The position numbers and the translations under genes are program-made. A stretch of DNA of 48,169 nucleotides, from positions 84,079,731 through 84,127,899 of the forward strand of contig NC_057718.1 of the NCBI RefSeq assembly GCF_004010195.1, read 5' to 3'. Shown here one piece after another: positions 13,101 through 24,330 of this stretch (position 1 is the stretch's first letter; each line of letters opens with the position of its first letter). The DNA comes from Chiloscyllium plagiosum (lineage: Eukaryota). The notes under the pieces were generated by a model. The model was not told the DNA's origin. It ran no database searches and saw only the letters and a program-made list of their open reading frames with translations.

Positions 13101-15241
13101 CAAATCTACTCAGTTTACTCCCTTCAAGTTAATATTTGAGCATGAAGTGAGACGCCCTTTGAAATTAATTAAAGAAAAATTGACAGGACCAAAGTCACAG
13201 ATCTCACACTTAGATTATGTACCAGAGGTGAGGGAGAGATTAAATTGAGTAGATGATTTAGCTACAGCACCTAAATAGGGCACAGCGTGGAATGAAGCAG
13301 GTGGCAGATAAAAGCTCTGAGACTCGGACATTTTCCCAAGGGGTTGACGTGTTAGTACTGTTACCAGTGATAGGAGATCCCTTCAAAGCCAGGCTTAGTG
13401 GTCCCTATCAGATTGAGAAAAAGTTGAGTCGGGTGAACTATCGAGTGAAAATGCCAGATAGAAAAAATACTGTATCGGGTATGCATTGTGAACATATTGA
13501 AACTGTATTATACTAGAGAGAAAGAACTGGAGAAATAGGTATAGTTACCGTAGAGTGAGGAATCAAATCCAGATGTTGTGGATTTTGATGTGCCTCAAAA
13601 TAGATTACAAAATGAAGAAGTCCTTGAGGAGTGGTATAGGTTAGTGAGCTATCTGTCTCAGGAACATAGAATGCAGTTGAAAGGTTTGTTGCTGCAATAT
13701 GAGGACATATGTAAGAATCAGATGGGGAGGGCTAATGCTTTTGTACATGAAGTAGACATAGGGAATACTGCTCAGATAAAACAACGCCCCTATTGGCTTA
13801 ACCCTTCCAAAGCCAGACAGGATATCATCAAACCGAGCCAGAGCGAGTGGAATTCACCAATCGCCTTAGTTCCCAAACCAGACAAGACCCAACAATTGTG
13901 CGTGGATTATTAGAAAGTCAACGCTGTTACAAAATCAGATTCCTATCCATTACTGAGATTGGAGGACTGTATCAAGAAAGTTGGACAAGCCAGTTACATC
14001 ATCAAGTTGCACTTACCATGTGTTACTGGCAGATACCTTTATCAGAGACGGTGAAAGAAATTTCTGCATTTCTCACCCCAAATGGGCAATATCAATTCAA
14101 AGTGATGCCCTTTGGAATGAAGAACGCACATGCCACACTCCAAAGACTCATGAACAGAGTTGTAGCTGGATTAACAAACTGTGCAGTCTATTTGGACAAC
14201 ATAGTGATCTTTACTAAGTCCTAGAAAGATCACAAGTACAGTTGGCAGAGCTCTTAGAACAACTACAGGAAGCAAAACTGGTGGTAAACTTAAATAGAAT
14301 GGAATTCGTGAAAGCAGAGGTGACGTTCTTGGGACATAATCAATCATGGAAGGTTGACCCCACGGAACGCAAAGACGAAGGACATTGAGGAATTTCCATG
14401 ACCGACCTCAAAGAAAGAGGTGCTTTGATTCTTGGGACTAAGCAGATTCTATCAGAAGTTTGTTCCAAACTACAGCAGTGCAATGGCACCGTTAACTGAT
14501 TGGCTGAAGAAGAACACAAAGTTTCAGTGGACAGAACAGTGCCAGGAGGCATTCGACCATTTGAAAGCAATTTTAACCACCAAACAAATTTTAGCTACAC
14601 TAAACTTTTCAAAACCTTTCAAAGTTGCCATCGATGCTAGTGACATAGGAGTTGGAGCTGTACTGATACAAGAAGATGATGATGGGATTCAACTTCCAGT
14701 TGGTTACTACTGAGTTTGGTACTGGCCTTACAACGTTAATGTGTATGTAATGAACAATGCATTGGAGATGGTTTAGTACATGGATCACAGTCCGCTTGGA
14801 ATGCTTTGAAGACAAGAATATGAAACAATTTTGTTGGAGAATGTAATCACAGATGCATTATCACAGATTTAACTGATAAAGTATAGGTAAGATTGATATT
14901 TATCCAATGTTATATACATACAGGGAGAAGTTAAGGTGAACTTACATTAAAGTCATCTGTATTTTATGGTTATCTGGTTAAAGAATCTTTTCATTATGGT
15001 GTGTTTTTTTCTGAAGGGGGGAGGTGTTTTGAAGGTGTAGAGATATACTGTACCTTTAAGAGAGAGAGGAAGCTAGCAAGGACTGACTGAAAGCATAGAC
15101 TGTCCTGAACAAGGTAAAACTGTAACACTTGGTCAAAACAAATAGCTGGAGTTGCATTGCCATGAAACAAAAACAAATTCAAGTTCGGCCAATCAGTTTA
15201 AATTATGCACCAGATACCAAAATCCAAATGAATTTGAATTT

Positions 15242-15540
15242 ATAGTCATAGAGTCATAGAGATATACAGTATAGAAACAGACCTTTCGGTCCAACCCGTC
15301 CATGCCGACCAGATATCCCAATCCAATCTAGTCCCACCTGCCAGCACCCGGCCCAATCCCTCCAAACTCTTCCTATTCATATACCTATCCAAATGCCTTT
15401 TAAATGTTGCAATTGTACAAGCCTCCAACACTTCCTCTGGCAGCTCATTCCATACACGTATCACCCTCTGTGTGAAAAAGTTGCCCCTTAGGTCTCTTTT
15501 ATATCTTTCCCCTCTCGCCCTAAGCCTATGCCCTCTAGTT
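15242..15540 (-). mobile_element. CR1 3' end inserted in the 3' LTR
   Basis: (CTATGACT)n tail on the minus strand. RGNFFTQRV..WNELPE motif. Confidence 0.9.
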
Positions 15541-15908
15541 AGTGTTCTGATGACATCAAACCAATGAAATGATCCAATATTTTGGGGTATAAAACCAGAC
15601 ATTTTGAACAGTTAAGGAGAAATAGCTCTCTGAAAGGTATCTGTTCATATGAAAGCCTGTGGAGCAAAATACTGAAGTAAAGATGACAGGAAAATCTACA
15701 GAGGAAGCTACAAAGAGAAGATTCGACAGCTGAGTGGTTTTGAAATTCAAATTTTTTTGTAAATTTTTATCGGACGAGTATTGCAGAGTGGGAGGGAAAA
15801 GATAGTTTTAAGAGAAAGTTGTAAATAATTGTTGGTTTTAATATTCTCTGCTGGGCTTAAAGAATAAAATTGTTAATTTTTACTTTAAATGGTGATCTCT
15901 AGGGCAGT

Positions 15909-16140
15909 TTAGATTAGATTAAATTAGATTTCCTACAGTGTGGGAACAGGCCCTTCAGCCCAACACGTCCACACCGACCTTCTGAAGAGTAACCCACCCA
16001 GACCCATTCCCCTACATTTATCCCTGACTAATGTACCTAACACTATGGGCAATTTTGCATGGCCAATTCACCTGACTTGCACGTCTTGGGATTGTGGGAG
16101 GAAACCAGAGCACCTGGAGGAAACCCACACAGACACGGGG
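15909..16140 (-). mobile_element. 5'-truncated HE1-like SINE inside the 3' LTR, followed by a plus-strand CR1 fragment (~16141-16505)
   Basis: (TCTAA)n tail. SINE body matches 32173-32481. Confidence 0.85.
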
Positions 16141-16603
16141 AGATGGTTGACTGAGTTAATTCCAGGCATGGATGGATTTTCTCATGAGAAGAAGTGGAGT
16201 AGTTTGGGTTTGTTACTCACTGTGGTGTAGAAGTATGAATGGCAATCTTATTAAAAGATACATGATTCTTCACGGATTTGACAGGGTAGATGCTGAAAGA
16301 TTGCTTCCCCTTGTGGGAGAGTCTAGATATCATAATCTTGACTAAGGTTACCCATTAAAAAAACAGAGAGGAGAACGTCTGTCTACCTTGAGAAAAGAAA
16401 TTTAATCTAGGGAACTCTTTACCATGGAGGGCTGTCAAGGATGTGTCATTAAGGATATTAAAGGATGAGACAGACAGATTCTTAACCAATATGGGAATCA
16501 ATGATGTTCTTTGCCTCTCCAAATTTACCAGATTATGGCACAAGGTGAGCTTCTCCATGTGTCAGGTTTAAATTAGCAGAGGGGTTTACCCCGTGTCATA
16601 ACA

Positions 16604-17070
16604 ATATGTCAGCACTGCCATCCCAGGAATCAATCCAGTAAGTCTTTGTTGCATTTCCTTCATATCCAGAATATTGTTGCCCAGATAAGGAGACCAAGTC
16701 TGTGCATAATACTCCAAGTGTGGTCTCACCAAGACCCTGCAAGACTGCAGCAAGACACTCCTGCTCCTGTATTTGAATCCTCTTGCTATGAAGGCCAACA
16801 TACCATTCACCTTCATTTACCTGATGCGCCTATATGTTTACTTTCAGTGCCTTGTATACAAGAACACACAGGTCTCATTGCACCTCCACTTTTCAAATTT
16901 ATTACTATTCTGATATTATCTGCCTTCTTATTTATGCGCCCAAAGTGGATAACCTCAGATTTATCCACTTTATACATCACCTGTAATGCATTTGCCTACT
17001 CAATGAAATTGTTCACATCACACTGAAGCATCTGTGCATTCTCATTGCTGTTCATCCCCCACCCAGCTTT
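16604..17070 (-). mobile_element. CR1 LINE split by the LTR element; the other part is ~9130-9424
   Basis: LVRPHLEYYAQTWSP on the minus strand. The two flanks join across the ATAT TSD as one antisense CR1. Confidence 0.85.
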
Positions 17071-18759
17071 GTGTTCATATAGCATGAAGGTCAGTGACAC
17101 TGGTGGATTGTCAACTTGGGATGCAACTGAAAGGGATGGGTGCAGCTGCAAGATTTACTGGTAGAAGAAATGATGTAGAGAGGAAGGCTATGATAGGCAG
17201 AGTAAGGTGTTTTATGCTATAATGCACCATGATATTAAACTTTCTTGCCCTGATTGTGTTATTGAATCTTCGTGGCCCAGCCTCCAGAAACAAGGCCCTA
17301 TTTCTGTTGCTGATCCCCACTGGAATGCCTGCATGTTTTTCTTAGGACACCTCCTTTCTCCAATTTATAAAGAATAGAATCTCCCTGTGGCTCTCACAAT
17401 ATTATCTCCAGTGTGATGCCACCTTGGCATCCGTGCAGATTGTGACTCTATGAAAAAATATTAACAATATCAATTCTAACCTCGGCAGAATTCCTTTAAA
17501 TATTGGAGCTGAAATAGACTGATGAAAGTTACCTTTACACTCACCCACTCTAATTAAGAAGCCAGTAGGTCAGAAGCAAATGAAGTGGCTGGGTTAAAAA
17601 GTAATTGACAAAATGCCACTGAATCTCCCAGAGTCCTGATTTACTGCTGATCTTCCCCACTGCAAATGGTGTCTAAATGTAACATTCAGCCTATTATTAC
17701 ACCTGTAAATAAATTATGAATGATAGTTTAGGACCTTTTGTAATTTCACAGTAATTAGGAATTTTCTGCCATTCCTGTGACTTGAGGATCATCCTATTTG
17801 TGTTTCAGTCAGCACCTTACTATGGTTTAGGAGTTAATCATTACATCTAAATTACGCAAACCAAAAGATGGCAAAAGAAAAAGACACAGGTTTCAATTCA
17901 TTGGCTAGTCACAGAAATAATTTTGTTGAAAGATACTAACAAAACATTTTCATAAAACATATGTGTACATGATTAGCAAATGACAGAATTTTAGTTCACT
18001 TTTCCCAGCATCCTAAATGACTTAACCCCTATGGCTACTGCAGAGGCAGTGGTAGACTGCTCTGATCTCTGTGACTTTGAGATACTTACAGCTGACAGCC
18101 ACTGGGGCTTTTGAAGCTTGAGTGCCCTGCCCATGATTGTTTCACCTGCATCTGTGCAGGGAAAGATTTGGCAATTGAGAGGCAGCATGGTATGTATATC
18201 TGGAGAGATGGTGGAGGCAGTCCACTGTTTCAAATAGAATTCCTGCTTCCATTTTTCACGATCAGTCCTCTTCTGGTTCGGTGGCATATCATTCCTATCC
18301 CTGTGGGACTGTAACTAGGAAGAACTTGTAAGACCACTGCAATGTGTCTATCAGCCTGATTAAGGTGTCACAAATGGCGGCATCCATAGTTTGTACTGTT
18401 GTCATCAGGACCTACAAAGATGGTTTAAAGTTCCATAGAGAAGGCCACTATCTCCATGGAAGCCTTCCTTGCTATGGGTCAGCAACAATAATCCACAAAT
18501 GTTTGAATTGGCTTCCTCCATCCTTTTTGATATTGTGGAACATGAAACTGGCAGGACTGTTACCTTGCACATTGCTAATGTCATAGAGTCATAGAGATAC
18601 ATAACATGGAAACAGACCCTTTGGGGGTCCTATCCATCCATATCCTATGTAAATGTTCCTGAGTTATTTCCTTTTCATTGATGCCTCCCCAGGTTCAACA
18701 CCTCTGATCAGCTGTGCATGTCTTGCAAGGAGCTATGTCCTTTGAAATGGATAATCACC

Positions 18760-20680
18760 ACTGTTTGTACTCAATTGTGAACTATGATTGTTGTTAATGT
18801 AGCTGTTTTATGGCATGACTGCTTCACAATTAGGCAACTATATTACACTGAAAACTTAAAAAATAATCCCTTTCTTGTTAACAACAATTTTATTTTATAA
18901 ATATTTTTTAAAAATGTCAGTGTCCAATGAGCAGCAAAATGTTCACAAAGTATAGTTAACACATCAACCTTGTGACTTCCATACTTAAATGTCTGCCTAG
19001 AAAACAAACAAACAATCATCCTTGGAAAGAAATGGAAGGAAGCTTATGTGACAGCGAGAATGCTGTTTTTTTACCAAATATTTTTAAATAATCATTGTGT
19101 ATGCATACAGAATAGATTTTGGACAACAGTGTATGCTTCAATGTAATCAGTTTATGAAGAATTACATAACACATTCACTTAACAATGTTCTTTTCCAGAA
19201 TTAACTGATGAAATGAACTGTCTATTTCACACTTTTCATACTTTTCATACTTTTCCAGTTGTGACTAAAACTTTAAAAAAATCATTAAATTCACTAAAAC
19301 AAAATTAGGATAAATTTAATAAGACTTCTGTTTCGAGTGATAGCCAGAAAGAAAAATCTTCTAACCTTAGATCACAATGGTGCAATAAAGTCACAGTTTT
19401 TTTTTCATTTGAATCCACGACTAGAGTTTAATCTCCCATTTATGTGATTAGCTTCTAACACCAAACACATCAAATCCAACTGCAGCACTTTTGAAAAGTT
19501 GTACGTCAATAATTTCTTGTGAAATAAAATATTGTTTAAGTATCCTAAACCTAATAATTCTAAACCATAATTAGGTTCGAAAAACATTGTGAGAATATGC
19601 AATGCAGAAATTCAGAAGAATTTTTGCAATCACGTTAATTGCATTTTGTGAAACTTTTGCTGCTCGTTTTTCAAAATATTTTAAAAAAACAAATTTGCTG
19701 TTAACAGAGAAGGGATTCCTATTTAAGTTTTCAGTGGAATACAGTTGCCCAATGATGAAGCAATCATGCCAAAAAACAGATGTATTAACAACAATCATTG
19801 TTCACAATTGTTATATAATAAAACAACGTGGTGGATAAGAGCATATGATACAAAACATCCTGATTTCAGCAGCTCTAAGCAAGTGTTAGTTATTGGGCAA
19901 GAGTATCAAGAAAAAAAAAATCAACCCACGAAAGAACATTTTTAAATGTTATGATAGAATTCTGCTTTACTGCTGTCAACTACCATTTGGAACACAACTG
20001 GAACTCCCTCCCTAGCGGCATTCTGGGTGTACTTACATTAAATGAACTGCAGCAGTTTGCTATTCTGTCAAGGGCAACCATGAAAGGGAAATAAATGTCA
20101 GTCAGTGACACCCACATTTCCTGAATTAATTTTTAGACATCAACTTATTGACTTACCATATCTATCTTGATTGGGAAAGATGACATGCACATTGAAAACT
20201 TCAATAATTGCTTAAAGAAAGACAAAGAGAATTGTGACTTCAATTAACGTTGTATAGTAGATGTATTAAGACTTTTTTGCTTAGTCTCCTGATTTTGACA
20301 TTGCATAAATAAAAAATGAACTGCACTCTGTGAATCAATGTTTATGTTGTGCACTGGTAATAATCTATTCAACACATTTCTCCTTGCCTCTCTTGCGTGT
20401 TAAAAATATGCATTTTCCCTGTAAACAATTTGGAATGAGTTGGAGGAGGGGAAGCATATTTCCTCTGTACATTGTGAGTAATAAAACATAACCATATATT
20501 TTATAAACATGTTTACCAGAGATTGAACTTATGACTTTTGAAGTCTGCATTAAGTACATTTATTCACTGGCTAAATTTAACAAGACTTTTGTTTGGTGTA
20601 GCAGCCAGAAAGTATATTTAAACTTTACATTGTGATGGTACAATAAAGTCACAGGTTCATATCCTTTGAATCCACTGTAA
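18760..20680. mobile_element. Ancient hAT-like transposase fragments, duplicated and inverted
   Basis: Minus-strand 'VL...N.I..RLNSSRGFK' and 'TLLHHCDLR..WLS' resemble hAT 'LNSRLF...LLYHTEVRWLS'. Inverted pair ~18770-18960 / 19635-19810. Direct pair ~19290-19420 / 20560-20676. Confidence 0.5.
20157..20210 (-). CDS. MORN2: MORN2 coding exon 3 (54 nt; AIIEVFNVHVIFPNQDRY)
   Basis: Acceptor ctttgtctttctttaAG, donor GTAAGT. The peptide matches the MORN2 'IFPNGDKYDG'-type segment. Confidence 0.9.
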
Positions 20681-21364
20681 AAACAGTACAATGGAGTGAT
20701 GTGGGACAAGCTTGCAAAGTTAGATTTCGGGATTTAGAAAATAAGACAAAGAATTTCAATCTGGATCACTGAGAGGCTGGATAGCAGCCAAGTTTATCAA
20801 GGATAAAGGTGATGGCTGAGTGTGGTGCAGTATGTGAATGGTGAGATTTTGAACAAGATGGACCATGCTGGTGAAGGATTTGGTCAAGCAGGTCACAAGG
20901 GTGGTCCAGAAATAAAGATGACTTAAGAAAATAAGAAATGAAAGTTTCAACACTGATGTGGTTGAAGGCAGGCAATGTCATGAAGGTAGAGGTTTGATAA
21001 ATGATTCTTCATTCTGAATCATAGTAATAAGGTCAGGATATACCATTGCAGTGCTCTGGCCACTTTGTGTGTAAACCAGGCAGTAAAATGGATCACTGAT
21101 TCAAAGTGAATGAGCAGTTCACAAAAGGTGAGCTAAAGGCAGGAAGCTTTTACCAATGGTTCAATAAGATGACTTTCCTTTCCCTGACGTTCAACTGCAG
21201 AAGTCTGAATCATATGTATAAAGCACTTAAACACCTTTGCCTAAATTGATATTATTACATGGAGCAAGCTGTGGATATCAGTGAGGAGAATTGAAAATTG
21301 TTCTACTTTAGCATAAATGTCAGTATCGAACACCCAGAGATTAGGAGAAGTACAAGTATTCTCT

Positions 21365-22073
21365 TGCTATGAAGATGTGGGGTGCACTGTACCTTTAAGA
21401 GAGTTAAAAGCTGGTAGAGCTACTTGACAACACCAAGTGTTCTTAATAAGGTAACAATGTAACAATTGGTCAAAAGCTAAATTATCTGGTTGCCTGGAAA
21501 TGACAAAACAGATTAAAATTAGGCCAATCAGTTTAAATAATACCCCAAAAAATACCAAATCCCAATCCAGTTTGAATTGAGTATATTGACAATTTTAAAA
21601 GCCAATGACAAAATCCGATGCTTTGGGAGTAAAACTCCAAGGAAAATTGAGCAGTAGAGAGGAGAACTGCCAAGCCAATGATATCAATCATACTGCCCAG
21701 AAAATAGCTCCCTTAAAAGGTTTTCGATCAGTAACTTGTGAAGCAGGCTCCCCAAGAAGAAGAAAAGAAGACCGAAATACAGAGTAGAACGAAAGCTGCC
21801 TGGTTTTGAGATAAGACATATTGTTTTGTAAATCGTAATCGGGAGTTTTATCGGACTAGTATTGTATAAGGGAAGGTAAAAGATAGATTAGAGTAAGGAC
21901 TTGTAAATAGTTAATAGCTAATTATTCTTTGTTATAATTGAAGAAATAAAGTTGTTAATTTTTACTTTAAATAGTTCTTGGCCACTCGAATTTTACAGAT
22001 TACTGCACGGGATAAATCTTTTCTCTGTTGCAGGTTTTAAATTAAGCAGGAGAGTTTACCCGGTGTTGTAACA
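21365..22073 (+). mobile_element. Solo LTR related to the Gmr1-like element
   Basis: TGCTATGA...TGTAACA termini. TSD CTCT at 21361-64 and 22074-77. Colinear with 9425-10169 (tacctttaagagag, aataaa..tgtt.atttttactttaaat). Confidence 0.9.
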
Positions 22074-22489
22074 CTCTCTATAAACATCAACTCTCATTAA
22101 CTTAGCAAACTAGGAAGGGCTAGTGTGAATTATGCTGCTTCTGTTTCTGGCCCATCTCAGCTGTGTGGTTGACGTTTTTTGCAATGGAATCATGCTGGCC
22201 TGCAATGCCATTGACCTTTCTCAATTTTATTGAATTTAAGACATAAGAGATGAAAACCCTGACTACTAGGAAACAATATTCTAATCTTGTGTACCAACCT
22301 GGCCTCAACTTTAAAATCTATTGAAATCAAAACATTTAACAGCAATTAAATAACATTGTCTAATCCATTTAACTTTGCCTGAAGTATTCAAATTTTCTGA
22401 GTTGGGATGAACAATGATTTTCCACTTTAAAATAGAAAGGTGTTGAAATAGGTATCAAACAAAAGCAAGAGGTTAAAAAGAAGCCTTAC

Positions 22490-22528
22490 CTGCTTTTTCC
22501 TTGGACTGAGCTTTCTTTCTTGGTTTCA
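22490..22528 (-). CDS. MORN2: MORN2 coding exon 2 (39 nt; VKPRKKAQSKEKA)
   Basis: Pyrimidine tract tttcctgtcttgttgtAG, 39-nt exon, donor GTAAGG. Phase 1-1 and open in frame with the flanking exons. Confidence 0.75.
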
Positions 22529-23859
22529 CTACAACAAGACAGGAAATATAGAAATTAATGGCAACTTGAAATATAGTCATGAATATCTATGCAAAAAACT
22601 GGAGTTTATGCACTGCCAATGGCCAAGATGGTGATGAGGAGGGGACTGAGATTGCGGTCTGTGCCACCTTCCTGCCTCCACGCTGATTAGGATTGTGCCA
22701 TCCCTTTCGGGGATGATTAATGCCTAATTATGGGTTTTTATCACTGCTGCTGGTGTGGTCTGTTGCCATGTGGGCAGCACACCATGCAAACTTGTGCAAG
22801 TTACTTGAAATCTCCTGAGTTGGATTCCTCATCTAAAGGCACTCCATGTTTGATTGAGAGACATTGTTTTAATTTTAAATATATACTTTATTCATAAAAC
22901 CGTCTCTTTATAGATATTGTCAAAATCCAATTCAGTTCTGTACAGTAGCATATCAAGTAAACAAAGAAGTATTTGAGATTGACTCCATCCAAACAACTGA
23001 CAATTTCACCAAAGGAAACAATGGGGCTTGCTTGGAGCTACAAACCATCTTCCCAACCATTCATACACACCATCTCTAACCAGTGATCGGGTATGGTAAA
23101 ATTCATAGTAAAGGGTCATGCAGGGTGGTTTGTTCAGCAAGGCAGGAACAGTCTATGACTATGACTGGCATTGATACCTTATAGGTTAGGGGCTGAGGGG
23201 GAAAGGTGGGCAGATAAAGGCAGATAGGTCAATTAGCCTACAAGGTTTAACTTCAGCATTGACATGCCACTTATTCCACATTATTTTAATCTGTCCTGCA
23301 AAGGTATTACATAAACATATGTAATATAGAGAGATAAGTGTGGTTCCAGCTTCATATAGAGGCTATAAATTTGCGAGCCTCTCAGTTTGATTATTTTAAA
23401 CATATGAACAAGATAAAGATGAGGTATGGAATTTCTGCATATAACAGAGAAATCGAACTAATACTGAAATTAAAGAGTTTCTAGAAGGTAGAGGAGGGCG
23501 GCCTTACAATTTTAGTTAGTCGCTACAATTTAAAGTTTTTGTGAGGAATGCAGTTTGAGAGTAAAAGTTAGAAATTAGGGTCTAGAGGTACTGTTACGGC
23601 TCGAGTTGAGGTGGGTTAGTGACTAGTGACTAGGATTACAGTTAGAAGTTGGTGGCCGGATTAAGTTTAGGATTACAAATAGGATACAGTGACGAAAGTT
23701 AAAGTCAGGGGCTGGAATTAGAGGTCAGTAACAAACGGTAAGATTAGGGTTAGGGTTGGAACCCGCTATTGACAACGGTATTGTCACTCGTTTCTTTTAA
23801 ATCTAAATAACAACTATTGGACAAAAGCAGCATAAACGGGCAGTGGGTAAACTGTGGGT

Positions 23860-24330
23860 TGCCCACAGCTGAGTATCCCCGTCCCTAGGTCCACGATCCA
23901 GGAGATTAACAACAGGCGGCACTTACCCGGCATTTTCAGCGGCCGGGACGGTAAAAGTTTTAGTTTTAGTTTTCCGAAGTGCCCCTCCCCCAACTGAAGT
24001 GGTCTCTATGTTCATCAATAACGCGGTGACTTTAATTCGGTGAAGTGAGGAGACGGACGCCGAGTCATCTCCCTGGTAACCAGCGCCGCATAAACCCGGA
24101 AATATAAGGAAGTCATTTCCGGGTCAGCCGGCATTCCCCCTGCCAACCTGGGCTTGTGTGTTAAAACCAAGCTGGAGGAGCGTGGAGACTTGGGCTGTGT
24201 GATAGGGTTGTGCGAGTGTTGGTTGTTTTGCAAATGTTACACGTACCAGCCTTCGATTTGAGACGACTTTCTTCACCGGAAGTGGAAGAACTAGCGACTT
24301 TAAGAGCTAGTTTCTTCCTTAAAACGTCTT
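23860..24330. promoter_or_regulatory. Bidirectional CpG-rich promoter shared by MORN2 and DHX57
   Basis: Local CpG enrichment. RFX X-box-like ATCTCCCTGGTAAC at 24067-24080. ETS sites as an inverted pair ACCCGGAAAT (24094-24103) / ATTTCCGGGT (24115-24124), plus ACCGGAAGTG (24275-24284). Lies between divergent genes. Confidence 0.75.
23927..23933 (-). CDS. MORN2: MORN2 coding exon 1 (ATG CCG G, phase-1 donor)
   Basis: Minus strand reads gctgaaaATGCCGG|GTAAGTG: ATG with A at -3, then a consensus donor, inside the CpG-rich promoter. Joins in frame to the next three exons. Confidence 0.75.

Larger units (their letters stand above)
9425..16603 (+). mobile_element. Full-length decayed Ty3/Gypsy LTR retrotransposon, Gmr1-like (gag-PR-INT-RT-RH)
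   Basis: 5' LTR 9425-10169 and 3' LTR 15025-16603; termini T(G/A)TTATGA...TCATAACA; TSD ATAT at 9421-9424 and 16604-16607. PBS ~10173-10191, PPT 15013-15024. Gag ~10310-11700 with CFHC knuckles. Protease RDTG at 11808. Integrase ~12440-13500 (HHCC, DMSTRFPEA, QSDQ, GPY). RT ~13750-14340 (VMPFGMKNA, YLDN). RNase H DAS at ~14630. Confidence 0.93.
15025..16603 (+). repeat. 3' LTR, interrupted by nested insertions
   Basis: Follows the PPT GAAGGGGGGAGG. Colinear with the 5' LTR in three pieces (15025-15241, ~15539-15908, ~16506-16603). Confidence 0.9.

Noticed and set aside
17991..18586. Cluster of 65-98 aa ORFs
   Set aside because: No recognisable motif or convincing splice sites; probably an old unclassified repeat.
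20560..20674. Possible extra MORN2 exon after the tttttacAG acceptor
   Set aside because: It lies in the hAT-like fossil, has no MORN similarity, and exons 2 and 3 already join in frame.
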